NCBI RefSeq assembly: GCF_035594765.1
Contig: NC_085842.1
Span: forward strand, 19,072,782 to 19,136,781
Reading direction: 5' to 3'
Length of the DNA: 64,000 nt
Source: Anolis carolinensis
Taxonomy: Eukaryota
Translations under genes and position numbers: made by a program
In this document: one piece after another, positions 61,232-64,000 of the stretch
Layout: every line of letters begins with the position of its first letter
Position numbering within the stretch: the first letter of the stretch is position 1
Notes under the pieces: generated by a model
Databases searched by the model: none
What the model was told of the DNA's origin: nothing
Seen by the model: the letters and a program-made list of their open reading frames with translations, nothing else

Positions 61232-61838
61232 AAGGCGTCACTTTCATTCTCGTAACATGAGAGGAGTTCCTGGCAAATTTCAAGTCTGTGTGCTTTCATT
61301 TCAGGCATCAGCATCCTGGGTACCCATTGTGCACAGATCTTCCAATAGCCAAGCAAAGCAATAATGTGACCCACACGTTCTTGTGAAATGCCGATGATGC
61401 TTGAAATTTCTCTCTGAGAGATACGACGATTGTCCTGAATCAATCTGTCAACCTTTTGCCTGTGAAACTCGGTCGTTGCTGTCACAGGATGTTCAACTCT
61501 TTGTTTGTCACGCAAGTCAGATGTTCCCACCTCAACATCTTTAAACTTACTCACCCAACGACGCACAGTACTCACATCATCACAATCACCATAAACAGCT
61601 TGCATTCTCTGATGAATCTCCTTTGGGGTGACACCTTCTGCTGTCAAGAATTCAGTGACTGCACGTTGCTTAAGTTGCATTGACCGACCATCTGCGCAGG
61701 GTTCCATACTTTACACTTTAACAACACAACCGTTCAGTGCTAAGGCTTCCTGCCAAATGGAACTGTAGAGGAGAGTCTCCTAAACAAGCCAGTACCTGCC
61801 GCAGACCAGGACTGCCATCTGTGGAGTAGTTACGAAGG
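61232..61838 (-). mobile_element. Mariner transposase 5' half (open frame 61707-61105)
   Basis: HTH regions and WVPRML linker; catalytic domain absent. Confidence 0.85.
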
Positions 61839-62087
61839 TTGGATTTGAACCTGGCAGCCTTCAGGTCAGCAACCCAACCTTCAAGTCACAAGGCTTTAAC
61901 CCACTATACCACCAGGGGCTCCTCATTATTATTATTATTACCAGGGTAGAATGTCCAGGTTGGGAGAAAGAACCCTTGTCTGTCAAAGAAAGTGTGGCTG
62001 TCGTATTGTCGAAGGCTTTCATGGCCAGAATCACTAGGGTGCTGTGAGTTTTCTAGGACGTAGAGCCATTGTCCAGAAGCATTCTCT

Positions 62088-62128
62088 CCTGACGTTTCGC
62101 CCACATCTATGGCAGGCATCCTCAGAGG
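62088..62128 (-). ncRNA. Minimal hammerhead ribozyme motif in a Penelope fragment (61940-62310)
   Basis: Identical core to 39580-39620. Confidence 0.7.
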
Positions 62129-62369
62129 TTGTGAGGTCTGTTGGAAACTAGGCAAGTGGGGTTGATATATCTGTGGAAAGTCCAGGGTGGGAGAAAGAAC
62201 TCTTGCCTGTTGGAGGCAAGTGTGAATGTTGCAATTAATCACATGATTAGCATTTAATAGCCTTGCAGCTTCAAAGCCTGGCTGCGTCCTGCCTGGGGGA
62301 ATCCTTTGTGGAGAGGTGTGAGTGTTATAATTAGCGAGACAGAATTAGCATTGGGGTGGCCATTAGAGT

Positions 62370-62630
62370 CGTCCTCTCACCCTTCCCTTCCCCTGCCAGC
62401 CTCACCCGTCCTTCTCATCCTATTCGCCTCCGGGGTTCTCACGGGAGAAGGGATGTTTCTGGGGGTCCCCTTTGGAAGTGGCTTCCTCAGCAGGACTTCC
62501 GCTTCCGCTTCCCGTCACGTGACTGAAGCCCCGCCAGTCCTCTTCCTCAGAGTCGTCCAGTCAGAGCGGGCTTCGCGAGGAAGAAGGTGCCACTCTCTGA
62601 AGCATATTGGTTGCTAGGAGACGGTATTGT
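62370..62630. promoter_or_regulatory. Promoter and first exon of copy D (coding exons not in the window)
   Basis: Duplicate of the A promoter; E-box 62514-62523; intron-1 sequence follows to 63104. Confidence 0.7.
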
Positions 62631-63104
62631 TCTATAGCAGGCCTGGGCCAACTTGGGCCCTCCCTCCAGGTGTTTTGGACTCCAACTCCCACAATTCCTA
62701 ACAGCCGGTAGTTGGAGTCCAAAACACCTGGAGGGAGGGAGGGCCCAAGTTGACCCAGGCCTGATCTAAACGCTCTTTAAGCCGCTCCTCATAGGACTTG
62801 TTCTCCAGACCCTTGATCATTTGAGTTGCCCTCCTCTGGACACTTGGCTCATGTTTAACTTGTTGTCCACGAGGACTCCATATAAAATCTAGATTATCTG
62901 CTTTGGACTGGATTATATGGAACTGCAGACTCATTTAACCCAGTTCAAAGCATATGGGTTGTCTGCTTTGATAATTTGGATTATATGGCTGTGCAAAAAG
63001 AGCCTTAGAAATGCTCTCCAATTCCTGCACTGATGTAGTATGACTTCAACATGCATGGAAACAATTAGGTTTTCAAAAGTATATACTGTAATGTTCTTTC
63101 ATAA

Positions 63105-64000
63105 TGAGGCGGGAGGTTAAGGAACCCCAGGAAATACCATATATGGGCAGAGATGGCGACAGCTAGCGACCCGGGTGCATAAACTCACAGAAACATGTGA
63201 CTTCTGGGAAATCATGTGTTTCTGAGGAAATGAAAGCTAAAGATAAACAAACAGCGCATGCGTACGCAGGCGCTCTGAAAGATTTGTGAGCACGGCACAA
63301 AAGGGTGCAGCCGGCCTGCTGGTCAGCACTGATTGGGCAGCGTCACAACTCTAAGCCAATGAATTTGCTTGTGGGCGGGCATAACCCGAACCCTGTAGTG
63401 TGTATAAATGTTCACTCAGCATGCCACTGGTCGGTTCCCCTGGAGAAGCACTTACTTTGTGCTAGGGGGACCCCTAGTGGCCATTAGCGAAATAAAACTG
63501 CTTTCTGGGAAATTCCTTCAGTTGTCCGTCTTCAAATTCCTCCACTGCGCCAACAAGAACCGTAGCACGAAGGTTCCGCTACATTTTCTGGTGACCCCGA
63601 CGTGATTTTTTCCTATAAGACGGGCCAGGAGATTTGGAGACGGATCCCGTTGGCGGGACGGCCTCAACTCAGCGGTGGGGGCCTGAGGCAACTACCGTGA
63701 GACGAGAAGGGGCCCCTGAATACTACACGACCGGCTGCGGTGCTTGCCTCTGATGCCAACGCCGACTGACGGTGAGAGCTGCAACATCAGCGAGGTTCCA
63801 CAGAAACCGGCTAGGAGGAAAAGGATCCAGGGGAAAAAAGCCCAGGGGCGAAGGTTGGTCCGACGTCTACAGAAATCTGGCAAGTATAGGGGTTTGCATG
63901 AGATATTAAGGGAACGCCAGCGCTGGGAGGGACAAAAAAGTTCCCAGGGAGGTAGAAAGGGGTTCTGTCTTGTGTTTCCTGACGCATGCCGTGAGTGGCC
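63105..64000 (+). mobile_element. Endogenous retrovirus 5' LTR (63105-63583), PBS-Trp (63589-63606) and leader
   Basis: tgaggcgg...ccgctaca termini; CCAAT 63356; GC box ~63373; TATAAA 63403; AATAAA 63491; then TGGTGACCCCGACGTGAT, complementary to the tRNA-Trp 3' end. Interrupts ctttcataa|cattc seen in A, B and C. Confidence 0.88.

Noticed and set aside
63589-63606. tRNA-Trp gene
   Set aside because: Only 18 nt complementary to the mature tRNA 3' end including CCA; this is a primer-binding site.

Overview
Vertebrate genomic DNA. The repeat content (Sauria SINE, BovB, L2, CR1, RTE-1, Penelope, mariner/hAT MITEs) points to a squamate, probably an Anolis lizard (inference). The window is a head-to-tail array of a SCAN-KRAB-C2H2 zinc-finger gene on the + strand. 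Copy A (CDS 7631-15636) has 22 fingers, copies B (22323-29958) and C (42785-49744) have 12 each, and only the promoter and first intron of copy D are present, interrupted by an ERV with a tRNA-Trp primer-binding site. A divergent, probably disrupted SCAN gene lies on the - strand at the left end and appears to share copy A's CpG promoter. Copy-specific TE insertions with readable target-site duplications and two visible breakpoints allow the duplication history to be reconstructed. Most notable: (1) two diverged families of Gypsy-type solo LTR keep an 84-91 aa ORF starting at LTR base 5 and ending in an HMGN-like RRSxR(L/I)AA motif, with synonymous-only change in that motif; (2) finger-level shuffling and conversion change DNA-contact residues between otherwise near-identical paralogs; (3) Penelope hammerhead ribozymes sit in the antisense arm of the promoter, with an intact core upstream of C and D and a mutated core upstream of A; (4) a 65-bp fully palindromic minisatellite lies at a breakpoint; (5) a mariner-type excision footprint is present. 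All gene models come from splice-site and frame reading only, with no transcript evidence.
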